Assembly: GCA_013265495.1 (NCBI GenBank) | Contig: MU058687.1 | Location: forward strand, 2,854,001-2,918,000 | Length of the DNA: 64,000 nucleotides | Reading direction: 5' to 3' | Origin: Vicugna vicugna | Taxonomy: Eukaryota | In this document: positions 49,400-60,610 of the stretch, piece after piece | Position numbering within the stretch: position 1 is the first letter of the stretch | How the letters are laid out: every line of letters begins with the position of its first letter | Made by a program: the position numbers and the translations under genes | Notes under the pieces: model-generated | Told to the model about the DNA's origin: nothing | Seen by the model: only the letters and a program-made list of their open reading frames with translations | The model's database searches: none

Positions 49400-50000
49400 G
49401 CTCTGAGGCGGAGCTTGGATCTCCGCATAAAATAATCCAGCCTGGGTTCCCCGGTGGGTCAGGCAGCCTTGGGGCGGGGCCAAGGTTGGCTTCTGCCGGG
49501 GAGGAGCCGGGATGCCGCTCCCACAGTGATGCAGAGGGGAATTTGCTGACAGTCCCTTGCCAGGTGGGGCTGGCTTCTCCAGGCCAGCGAGGAGGAGGAC
49601 CGGCTGGCAGTCTCCTCCCAGGTAGGGAGCGTGTTGCTTGTCACCGCATCCGGCGGCCTGAGTATCTTGCCTGGCGAAGGAGCTGTGGCGCCGAGGGCGC
49701 AGATACGGTGAGCACTAGGTTGGTATCAGCCAAGACTGATCCGGCTGGAAGAAGGGGCGCAGAATCCGGGTCCTGGACAGGGGAGGGGGTGGGGTAGGAC
49801 TGCTTGCTGTAGGCTTTCCGGGACCTCGGACGGGGAGGGATGGGGGCGGGGGAGACTGAGGCACTCTCAGGGAAGGGTGGAATGATCCGCCCACCAGAAA
49901 GGGCCGTGGCTTGGTCGGCCGTATTCATTGGGTCGGGGGTGGGGGTTGGGGCAGGAGGCTTGCCTGGGGTCCCCCGCCGCCTGCCTGTTGGTTGACTCTC
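49400..50000 (+). promoter_or_regulatory. CpG-rich promoter, probably TMEM63C
   Basis: Local CpG enrichment, GC box GGGGCGGGGC at 49471-49480, then a first-exon donor and a G-rich intron start. Identity rests on recalled ZDHHC22-TMEM63C head-to-head synteny. Confidence 0.7.
49520..49707 (+). other. TMEM63C: Non-coding first exon, probably TMEM63C (5' end approximate)
   Basis: Donor ACG|gtgagc at 49707/49708 downstream of the GC box. No TMEM63-like ORF occurs in the window, consistent with a long first intron. Symbol by synteny only. Confidence 0.6.
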
Positions 50001-53000
50001 TGGACCACCCTCACACAGGGATTCCCTGGGGTTGTGCCTCCCACTCACTGGTCTGGCATGGGAGGGGTGTGCTCTCCCCCGCAGTCTACTCTGCTGTTTT
50101 GAGTTATGACAGCGTCACCGCTGCGCTGCTGCTGATGGGGGTCTCATTCTGTGCTGAGTGGGCTGGGCTTCTGTGCTCCCCAGAAATATGCCACCTTTTC
50201 TCTTATGCTTTCAAAGAAAGATTCTTGCCTCCAACCTCACCTTGGCCTTGAGAGAGAAAGTTTGGATTTGGATGATGGACCTGGGGAAACTGAGGCACAG
50301 GGGTGCTGTGGTTTCACCAAGGTCATTTAGCAGATCCTACAGAGCTGACCTCCCAGGCACTTCCGTGACCTGATGCTCTTTGGAGGGGTAGGGGCCCAGC
50401 TTGCTCTCTAGACCTCTGGTCCAGTCTGGGGTGGACCCCTCACCCCCGCACCCCGTTTCCTCATTCTTGAGAATGGAGGGAGGTACAACTTGTGTGGGGG
50501 CTCCAGGGTGTCATGGGTGTGAACAGTGCAGGGATCAAAATTGTCTGGAGACAAGAGAAAATTACTCATGAAAAACGCTCATCTGAGCAGAGGAGGCTAC
50601 AGTTCCCTGCTGTCCTCATGGACTCAGGGAGAGGATGAGAGTTGGCTTCAGGGAGAGTAAGGCCCAAGGAGGCAGCCCAGTTCTGGGCTTTAGTCTCACG
50701 TACCAGCCTTGATGAAAGTCAGGTGGAAGTTCCCAGGCTGCTGTGGGAAGACAAGGAGTAAGGAGGTGGACTTTCTCCTTTAACGGCCCTCGTCTTCCTG
50801 GAGAACCGAGTTGGCAAGTCTGCCTTCTCTCAGCATCACCCTCTGTGATGTATCTCCTTAACCTTGCTCTCTCTCCAACTCCTGTCCCCAGGAGAAATGG
50901 AGTACATAGGATCTGTTGCCCTTGGCGTTGAACTTCTCCTGAATTCACCTTGTCCTCCTTATCAGATGCCTTTCTCTGGAGGGAAACTGAGGCAGGCAGA
51001 AAATTTATTTTATTTCAGAGCTAGAGCCGGGCAGTATCATTGCACAGGTGAAGAAACTGAGGCCCAGAAGATTGCTCCAGGTCCCCGCACACCAGTCTCC
51101 TGACTCCCCAGCCCACCACAGGGCAGACTGGACCAGGCCCTTTCCTCTCCCCTCCTTTCCCACCCCCCAGCCCCCAGCCCTGGTGAGGTGAGGCTGTGAG
51201 TGCCTTCTGATGGCGGAGATGGGGTGGGTAGGATGGTGTCAGTGATAGGGGACAACTTCAGCATCTTTTCCTCCTTTAAAATATGTTTTCAAATTACTTG
51301 GGAAAGAAGCAACTTGAAGAGGGGAGCCGAAGTCATCTGCTTACCTTCTCATCGTGGGCCCACAGGAGACACACAATTTCTGTGGGCCTCTCAGAGCCAA
51401 GAGCAGCTATTCCTCCTGCTCTGGGGCCAGCAGCTGTGATTATAGCTGTTGAGGAGGCCCACAGGCAGAGGGACTTCAGTTATCTCTCTGACAGCATCGC
51501 AGGATAGGAGGTCCTGTGCAGCCAGTGATTCTGAGCAAAAGAATTACGCCTGGTGCATGAGTTGATGCTTTTCAGACACACCCTCTGAGCACAGAGCCCA
51601 TGAGACCTGGCCCCTGGTGACTGCACGGCATGCCTTGGGCTGCATGATGACCACCAGTAATCACTGGGTGAGCTGTGGGAGGGGATGGGTTCCTAGCAAA
51701 CCAGATCAGAAGTAGCTGCCCATGGGGTGACAGTACAATGCCAGAGAATGGAGGAGTACCCATCATGTCTGACTCCTCTGCCACGGTGCCCCAAGGGTCT
51801 CTTCCAGCCCTTCTCCAGGAAGAAGCCACTGCCCCATGGTCCCCAGAAGCCAGTGGTGGCAGAGGCAGAAGGAGGCCTTGGAGAGGACCTCAGGTCATGG
51901 GAGGAGAACCACTTACAGAACATAGTACCTGGTTCTGGACCAGAGCCCCTATTAGCGGGCATTCTGCCCTCAGTTTCCCTACCTGACAGCTGGGCGTGAA
52001 AACACCTTTCCCAGATGGGTGGGAGGGCTTTGGAAACATGTCAAGTGTTTATTGCAGATGGGAAGTGTTATTCCTGGAGACTCTGGTCTAGTGGAAGCCA
52101 TCTGTTTACGGCCTCAATGAGGGAAATGGGCTATTCCCTAATGGAGGATGCTCTCTGCCCCCATGACTACTCTAAGGCCCCTTTCTAGGTTTGAGAGGCA
52201 GGCCCTCCCTCCGCAACCCAGTTTAAGTTATGCTTGGGCCCTTGAGAACTTCCTTTCCCTCCTTCTTGATTGCCTGTGACTTTTAACAGGATTTCCATGT
52301 CATAAAATGCTGGTGACTGGTGGCACAGTGGACCTTCCTGCAGGCCTGGATCCTCCCTACTGACTCTCGAATCCTGTGGACTCTACTCTGCTTCTTCCTG
52401 GGAAGCAGCTGGTGGAAGGACCATAGAGATAATGGGTGTAAAGTGCTGGGAGCTCTTTGCAAGGAGTGTCCAGATGTGGGGAGTCCACAGGGCATTCAGG
52501 ACCATGGATAGGCTCACTCTGGGAAGGCTGTAATGCAGGCGCTTAGGGAAAGTGCTCAGCTTTGAGTGAGATCAGTAGCTTTTAGTGCACTGTTTTGCCT
52601 GCTGTGGGGTCTGCTGTTCTTTTGTCTTCCATTCTCCAGGAGAGCAGTGGTTTTTGCAGCTCACTCACACATCAGCATGAGTGGTATAAACTGGGCTCCT
52701 TGTTCTTGCCCAGGAGGTGTCTAGTGCAATTTGTGCAAAATAGGGTGACAGAGGAGCTGAGATGAGAACTGGGACCACTGAGATGAGAACGTGGGCAGCT
52801 CATGAGGTATGATGTGTCCTTGTTCTAGAGCAGTCTGGATTGCTCTGGGCCAACTGAGGGTGGCTCTTTAGAAGAGCATCAGTGAGCAGAACTCTGTGTC
52901 CTGTATTTCTAGGGCAGGGTTTGTACCCAAGCCATCATGTTCCTTCCCAGCATGCCTGAGGCCAGTACGGAAACATGCAGAGGCAGGGTGAGAGGGGTGA

Positions 53001-56000
53001 GGGTGCCCCACTGTCACTTCCTGCCTCCTCCTGGTGATGAGCTGTGTTCCCAAAGGCAACTGAAGCCTGGGCCCACTTAGAAAACCAAGATCTAAGTATC
53101 CTGGTCTCCCTCCTGCTTTTCCCCTCTTCTAATCTTCTGTTTCGCACGAGCACCCTGAAGACAAGCTCTGAAGAGCTGGGCTGGGGTGGCTGAGGAATGG
53201 CAGAGCCCTGTACCTGCAGACCCTTGTTCATGCCAAGTCGGGGCCTCTGGCAGCCTCAGAGGATTGGCGGCAGAGAGGCCAGGCCAGCTTCCAGCCGGAA
53301 GCCAATCCTACTTTCCCCATCCCTGGGTGGCCTCAGCAGAGAAGGTGGCCCCAGAGATAGGAGCCTTCTCCTCCCTCTGGCTGAGTCTTCTCAGAATTGT
53401 GCTGAGCCAGAGGGACACTGGCCTCAGGCCATGGGGTCCTGGCAAAGGAGCAGGGCATCCTGAATTCTGTGGTGATACCTGTGAGCAAGATGGACCTATG
53501 GCCAACTGACAAGGGGTCTGGCTGTTTGTTGGGTTTTTGATGTGGAGGCTGACTGCGCTTGATGGAGGGCTTGGGAGCATGGAGGACAGGCACAGCAGAC
53601 ACCCTGCCTGGCGGCACTTGGAAGCTGGGTTTCCACCTGCTCAGTGCCTGCTTGCTTCACCTCTCTGAGTCTTCCATTTACAGCATGGCGAAATAACCCC
53701 CACTGCATGGGGCCATTTGGAGGATGAATGGGAGAAAGTAGAAAGGTGTCAGATTTGTGCTTAGTGACTGGGAGCCCCCTTCTTTCCCTTAGCTCACCCC
53801 TTTACCTGCTCAGTGGCCAGTGGTCCTGGGATCTCTGGACTGGCTGGCAACCACTGACCAATGATGTTGTTCTTCCAGACACTGTTGGAGCTGAGCTGTT
53901 CCCTTAAAAAGAGCTTCAGATCCCTGAGGACCTGGTAGAGGGAGATGTCTTCTCAGAGCCAGAGTCAGGGTGGGCAGGTGTGGGGGTGTCCTTCAGTACA
54001 GCAGGCAGGCTGTTACTGGGTCAGGGATCCCTCCTGGGCTGGGACCTAGTGTGCCCAGGCCCGCAAACTAGGTTAGGCTTTGGGGAGACCTTCTCAGGCA
54101 CCAGGAGCACATGAGCCTGAACAGTGTCCCTGGCCTGGGATCCTGGTGCCACTCAGCGACCTCACATTACTTTTTAATCCTCTGCACACCCAGGAGAGGG
54201 GCAGAGCGAGTAGCCCACTTGAGAGATGAGAAAGCTGAGTCTGAGAGAGGTCACAATAGCCACAACTACACGCATGCACAAAAGTGGCAGAACCCAACTG
54301 GTCCAGGGCACAGCCGACACATCCTCCACTTACCTGCACTTGCTGCTGCTGGTGATTTTGCTGAAGTTGCTTAAGACAAAAGGAATCGGAAGGAAGGTCG
54401 TGTGTTTTCCCCTTCCCTCCCACTCTGGGCAGGGTGCCCAGAGCTCGGTTTTGCTGAAGGACAGCAGGGAAAGTGGAAGGATAGGATTCCCACCCCACCC
54501 CCATGCCACGCTCTGGGACTCACTGAAGGTGTGTTCAGGATAGCTGAGCCCAGGCAGAGGGAGGAGATGTCGGGCAGCCAGACCCTGGCTCCACACTTCA
54601 CAGAGGGGGCTCCTCGGAACCCTGGTCCAGGCACCTGCACAGAGCAGTGGGGATGGAGGGGACAGGAAGCGATGAGCAAGCCCCTGGCCTGGGCTCACAG
54701 AACTGCAAAATGGAGGAGCAGGTAGAGCCCAAGTCCCAGTGCTCTCCTGTGGGTCTGCAGAGGAAACCCAGGCCCTGTGGCCCTGTTCTTTTCCCAGAGA
54801 CAGAGGAGGGAAAGAGGTTGGGAGGACCTAAGCCTTATTCCAACAGCTAAGTATTCCAGCTACCTGCATGCTTCTTGGATGAATCATCTTGGAGCTCAGC
54901 TCTGACCTGGTCACTTCTCACAGGCTCCCCAGAGCCTGCCATTGAAGACTCATCTTGGGTTATGCCCAAAATACTTTGTCTAATCTGCCCTCCTGCTTCC
55001 TTCACTCTTCCGTCACACCCTGCTCCAGCTCAGAAGTTTTTCCTGCATGGGGATGGGAGAACGTATCAGATCACCTTGATGTTTTTATAAAATATACATA
55101 CCTGGCTTTTCTACCCTTTCACCCCAGGCTGGGCTAAGAACCAATACTCTAGCAAATCAAATGTACTCTGGACTGTCCACCCAACTTCCCCCTCTCAGCT
55201 CAGTCCTTGTTCTCTTCCCCATCTTCATCTATTCAGAGTCTCCCTGCTCTTCAAACCCCCAACTCAAATACCACCTCCTCCAGGAAGCCTTCCCTGGATC
55301 CCAGCCAGAGGAGGTCTCCTAGCCCTTAATGCACTTGTCCCATTTGTGTCTTCTGCTAGACAGTGAGCTCATCCTTTCATTTATCAAGTGTTCACTGAGT
55401 GCCAGTCACACACATGCCCTCCAGTAATTCATGGGGAAGGGGCAAGTAGGCAAGTCAACAGATAATGACAACAGCTTCAGAAATGCTCCAATAATGTCAG
55501 TACAAAGCACCAGGGAACATTTTGGCAAGGGCAATTAAAGCTGAAAATGTACGTACTTTATGACCAACAGTTTCACATCTAGCTATATAAGTACACAGAG
55601 AAACACATGGGCATAAGAAGACAGTTCCAAGGATATCTAGGGCAGCAGTGTTTGAAACACAAAAAAGAGGTCTCAACCTCAATATCTACAGTACAGGAGT
55701 AGGCAAGTAAAACTGTGATGTTATACAGTAGTTAAAGTATAAACAATTGGGGAATTTTATGTTTTCTAAATTATACCTCAAGAAAGCTGATATATATGTA
55801 TACACACATATTCTATATTATCATGAATAAATCTCAAAAGCAATACTGCCCCCCAAAAAGGAAAACAATACTGCCCCCCAAAAGGAAATCGCAGAATAGT
55901 ACCATTAGTGAAAATTTAATTTTAATAAAAATCACAACAGTATCTGTGATTTACGGATGCAAGCATGTTACAGTGCTGTAATACCTACCAAATCCGTGCT

Positions 56001-57265
56001 TGGGCTAGTCTTGAAGAAGGAGAGAAGGTGCTAAGACTGAAAGGGTAAAAGAAAGGACTTCTAATTTGTCAGTAACACTTCTTTTAACAAAGAGGATCTG
56101 AAGCAAAAATGATAGAATGTTAACATTTGTTAATTCTCTTGGTTTTATACTTTTAACTTTTTTGTGTCTAGAATTTTTCAAAATTTGAAAAAAAAAAAGT
56201 GAACAGACATCAGAAGAAAAACATTGACTTTTCCCAGGGAAATCAGGAAAGGTTCCAAGAGGGTGACAGCTGGGTGTCAAAGAAAGGGTGAGAGCTGGCA
56301 GGTTTAACTGGGTGAGGGGATTTGGGGAAAGGAGATGTAGGGTGTTCAAGGCCAGGGAGTATGTGTGCAGGCTCTCTGCACTTTTTAAATATTTGTCAAG
56401 CTGCCCCTCCCCTGCTACCTTCCTCATCTTCATCCCTGATTCCAGATCCTCTACTTCTGGGCTATGTACATAGTAAATAGGCTTCTGGGAAAAAAAAATG
56501 TCATTTGATGATTTTTTTTAAGTCCAGATAATCTAGTGGGGGTTAGGGGAGGCATAAGCTAAGTACATCAAATAGAACACTAAAATAGGGAAATAGCCAC
56601 TGATACAGAGAAAATAGAATTCTTTGAGGACACTATGCTCAACCACGTGAAAATTCAGTTGAAAATCAGCTGAAACTGATAGTTTTCTGAGAAAATATAA
56701 ATCATCAGTTTGACCCCAGGAGAACTAGAAAACCCCAACGGAACAACAATCATGGAAGAAACTGAATTGTCATAAAACTCCACTCCAAAAAACCCCCAGG
56801 TTTAGACAGCTTTAAATTTCCACCAAACCTTGAAGGAAGAGATTATTCCAACGTTATTTAAACTGCACCAACTGTGCCAGATTATAGAAAAGGAAAGATT
56901 CCAAGTAGTCTATGAAGCGATCACAACGCTGACGAAGATAGCACAAAAAAAGAGAAAAAAATACTACCCGAAAATCTCGTTTATGAATATTGGTGAAAAA
57001 TTCAGAAATTAATAAACAAATAGACTCACACAGCATTATGTTAAAAAGGTGAATACGCCACAAAGAAGTGGGGCTATATTCTAGAGATATAGATTCAGTA
57101 TTAGGAGAACTATTAATATAAGTGAACCAAACTGTTGTTCAAAAGAGATGAAAAAAATCACATAAACGGTTCCATAAAAGCTAAAAATATCTAAAAGGCA
57201 TTTGATAAAATTCAACATATGTCCCTGGTTTTAACTCTAATAGGAATAAATGGACAGTTTGTATC

Positions 57266-57322
57266 TGTGTGTGTGTGTGTGTGTAAAGGAATATATATAT
57301 ATATGTATGTATATGTATATGT
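57266..57322. repeat. (TG)n/(TA)n compound microsatellite
   Basis: Directly visible. Confidence 0.9.
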
Positions 57323-59190
57323 AGTACAAGGAAAAAGTGACCACCATTACCTTCATTCTGTAACACTTCTCTAGAAGTACAAACCAACACAAATATTGAA
57401 AATATAAGTTGTAAAGGCAAGCCAGTTTATCTATTTAAATTGTAGATGATAAGATTGGCCATCTGGAGAAAGAAAAGAAAGAGATAGTCCATCAAAAAAG
57501 CTATTAGAAATAATAAAGGAACATAGTAAGATGACTGCTAATAAATATTAAAAACAAAAGTGTATAGCTTTCCTGTCTATACACTTCAGCCTCTTTTAAA
57601 ATAAAATGAAAGGAAATATTTATAATATCAGTAAAATAACTAAAAATAACTAGAAGTATGTCTAACCAGAGGGGGCCAAATCAGCTCTTACTACTGCTGC
57701 TTATTCCTGGTTCCCAGCAGTTAGAACAGGGCCTCACACATAATTATAGATATTTGTCGAGTAATGGAACTGGCTCACAGATCAATGAAACAAAAAAGTC
57801 TATCTAGACAAAGACTCAAGCACATCTAACATGTGGTGGTGATAAAAGCAATCACCAGCATAAAGTGTTATGCATGTGCCAGGCACTGTTCTACGCCTCT
57901 CACCTGTAGCCTAACACATGACCCAGCCTGGAGCGTATTCTGTGTACACTTGAGAAGAATACGTATCCTCCTGCTGCTGCTGAGTGGGGTGTTCTGTGTA
58001 TGTCTGTTGGGTCCAGTTGTTCTATGCTGTTGAACATATTCGAGTCCTGTGTTTCCTCATCAATCTTCTGTCTGGTTGTTCTACTCATTATTGAAAGAAA
58101 CTTATTGAAATCTACTATTATTGTGTTACTATTTCTCCCTTCCATCTGTCAATGTTTGCTTCATATATTTGGGTGCTCTGCTGTTACGTGCATATGTATA
58201 TATGTATTTATAATTGTTACATCTTCCTGGGGAATTGACTTTTTATCATTATATAATATCTTTCTTTGTCTCTTGTGGCAGTTTTTGACCTAAAATCTAT
58301 TTTGTCTGATATAAATATGGCCACCCCTGGTCTCTTGGTTACCATTTGCATGGAATATCTTTTCCCTTCCTTTCATTTGCAGCCTACGTGTGTCTTTACA
58401 GCTAAAATGAGTTTCTTGCAGACAGCACAAAGTTTCAGCTTTCTGCGTCCTTTACCTTAAAAAACTCACTTAATTCTCACAATAACCCTATGCAGATAGT
58501 GCTGTTATTGTCTCATTTTTTTCAAAGTTAGAAATATTTTATTTATGTAGAATAAAACATGAAATCATATCAAATAATAAGTGTTAGAAAGCTAAGTACC
58601 ACAAATATCCTAAAGTCCACAGAAATAATATAATGTTTCTTAATGAACTACCTGATAATCTCCGTAATACTTTGTTTCCCTTTATTTTTCCCTATGTAAT
58701 TCGGTTATCCCATTTTTAAATGAGGAAACTGAGGCATAGGAAGGTCAGGTAACTTCTAGATCCATTGAAGGTGGAATTTGAACCAGCACTTAACGTGGAG
58801 GTCATGCTCTTTGCCATCCATCCTAATACATAGTTAAATTGAGATTTTGAATCTGGAGGGAGAGTGTGGGAAGAGAAAATGGATTATTCAGACATGACTT
58901 TGAGAAAACTATCTAGCCCCTTGGAGAAAAAACAAAGCTGAGCCTACCACACTCCTAACAGTGAAATAGAGTCTAGAAAGAAAATTTTAAAGGAGGAAAG
59001 ATTAAAAAGAAAGAAAACCCTAACAATACTGGTAGAAAACATGGGCAAATAGTTTTAGAATCCTCTAATAGGAAAGACTTCTGACTACAGAAAAATCTGT
59101 AATTTCTGTAGGCAAAAGGTACCATAAATAAAGTTTAAAAGGAGACAAATGACAACTTGCAATACACGTGACAAAAAGTTAATTGCCTTT

Positions 59191-59328
59191 TTAAGAAATT
59201 TATTTTGGCAGGGGCCAGGAGGAGATAATTAGGTTATTTATTTTTGGAGGAGGTACTAGGGATTGAACCCAGGACCTCATGCATGCTAAGCATGGGCTCT
59301 CCACTTGAGCTATACCCTCCCCACCCCC
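59191..59328 (-). mobile_element. Camelid tRNA-derived SINE (Vic-1-like)
   Basis: Reverse of GGGGAGGGTATAGCTCAAGTGGAGAG...GCTTAGCATGCATGAGGTCCTGGGTTCAATCCCTAGTACCTCC; TSD-like AATTGC(C)TTT at 59181 and 59329. Confidence 0.9.
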
Positions 59329-60469
59329 AATTGCTTTAACTTAGAAAAAACTCTTAAAAACCAGTAAGATAAATTAGAAAGAACATAGACAATTCACAGA
59401 AAAACAAATGCAAAGGCTAATCAATCAATAAACATGAAAATAATGCCTACCCTTTCTGATATTTAAAGAATTACACATTGAAACAAAATATCATTTTCAA
59501 CTCTCACACTGGCCAAGGTTAAAAATTCAATAATTCAGTGTTGTTGAGGGTGGAGGACAACAGGCACTCTTCATGCATGATGGGGCTATGCAAACTGTTT
59601 CATCCTCTTTGGAGGACAATTTGGCTCCACCTAACCTTCCACTCCTTACCCTTGGGGATTTGTCCTACAGCTAACCTCATGTATATCCACAAAGATGAAT
59701 AATCAAAGATGTTCACTGTAGCTTTGTTTGTGCAGCAAAAATGTAGAAACAACCTAAACATCCACCGACAAGGACAGATTCATATAAATCACAGTGCATT
59801 GTTCAGTGGGACATAATGAGCTGCTAGAGGCATAAAGGATCTGACTCTTAACTATGCAGAGCTGTGAGATGTATATTAACTACGAAACAAAGACAGAGTT
59901 TGGGAATATGTTCCTGGTTGAGTTTAAAATAAAGATGCAAGCATAGATATATATTTGTCACTATTTATGGAAAAATTATTGAAGAAAACAAACAGGAAAC
60001 TTGACAATGTTTACGTTTGGGAGTGGAGCAGAGGTCTGGGTTAGCAGGGAGATTTTTCATTGTGTCTTATCTTGAATAGTTTGATTTTTTTCCCCCATAA
60101 GTATGTTATTTTCAGAACTCAAAAAGTAAATTTAAGAAGAAACCAGCTATACAGGGAGAATACTACTTAAAATCCCTCACCCTAAACTTTCTTTTTAAAT
60201 TCATTTCTCAGTGGGTTCACCTCTTCTTACATTCATAATTTTATGCCTGGAAGGGCCCAAGAGATCACCTCCAATCTGCATTTTTGTTCATAAGGAAAAT
60301 GACACCTGCCAAGGTTTCAGCAAGCTGCCCGGGGCCCCTGGCTAGTCTGCAGGGACTGGGCTCCTATGATGGTGCTCAGGAGAGGGACCTGTGACCGTCA
60401 TGCATGTGATCAAAGCTGCATCCTTGGACTTGTCGGCCCTTTCCCAACATGTAGTCCATCGGGTTTAGT

Positions 60470-60610
60470 TCATGTGTCTCCACGTGGGGAACCTGTTAAA
60501 GTGCATGTTCCCAGGCACTTTCCTGGAGATTCTCATTCAGTGGGCTAGAATAGGGCCCTTAAACCTGCATTTTAGCAAGACCCTCGCTCCAAGATGATTC
60601 TGAAGTCTTT
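60470..60610. mobile_element. MER5-like hAT-Charlie fragment
   Basis: tgttaaagtgcatgttcccagg...agattctcattcagt...ctgcattttagcaag...atgattctga. Confidence 0.7.

Larger units (their letters stand above)
55500..60125. mobile_element. Cluster of decayed L1M fragments (mostly plus; minus piece ~57905-58440) with MIR pieces
   Basis: Motifs such as aaggcatttgataaaattcaaca; minus ORF NSNTIIVDFNKFLSIMSRTTRQKI is an L1 endonuclease remnant. Confidence 0.8.

Noticed and set aside
48905..50251. ORFs of 107-192 aa around the second promoter
   Set aside because: GC-rich promoter artefacts; none resembles TMEM63/OSCA or another known family.
55841..55889. Short tandem duplications (also 17337-17364 and ~52758-52795) as a possible array
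   Set aside because: Only two copies each with no unique spacers; ordinary slippage duplications. No CRISPR-like array exists in this eukaryotic window.
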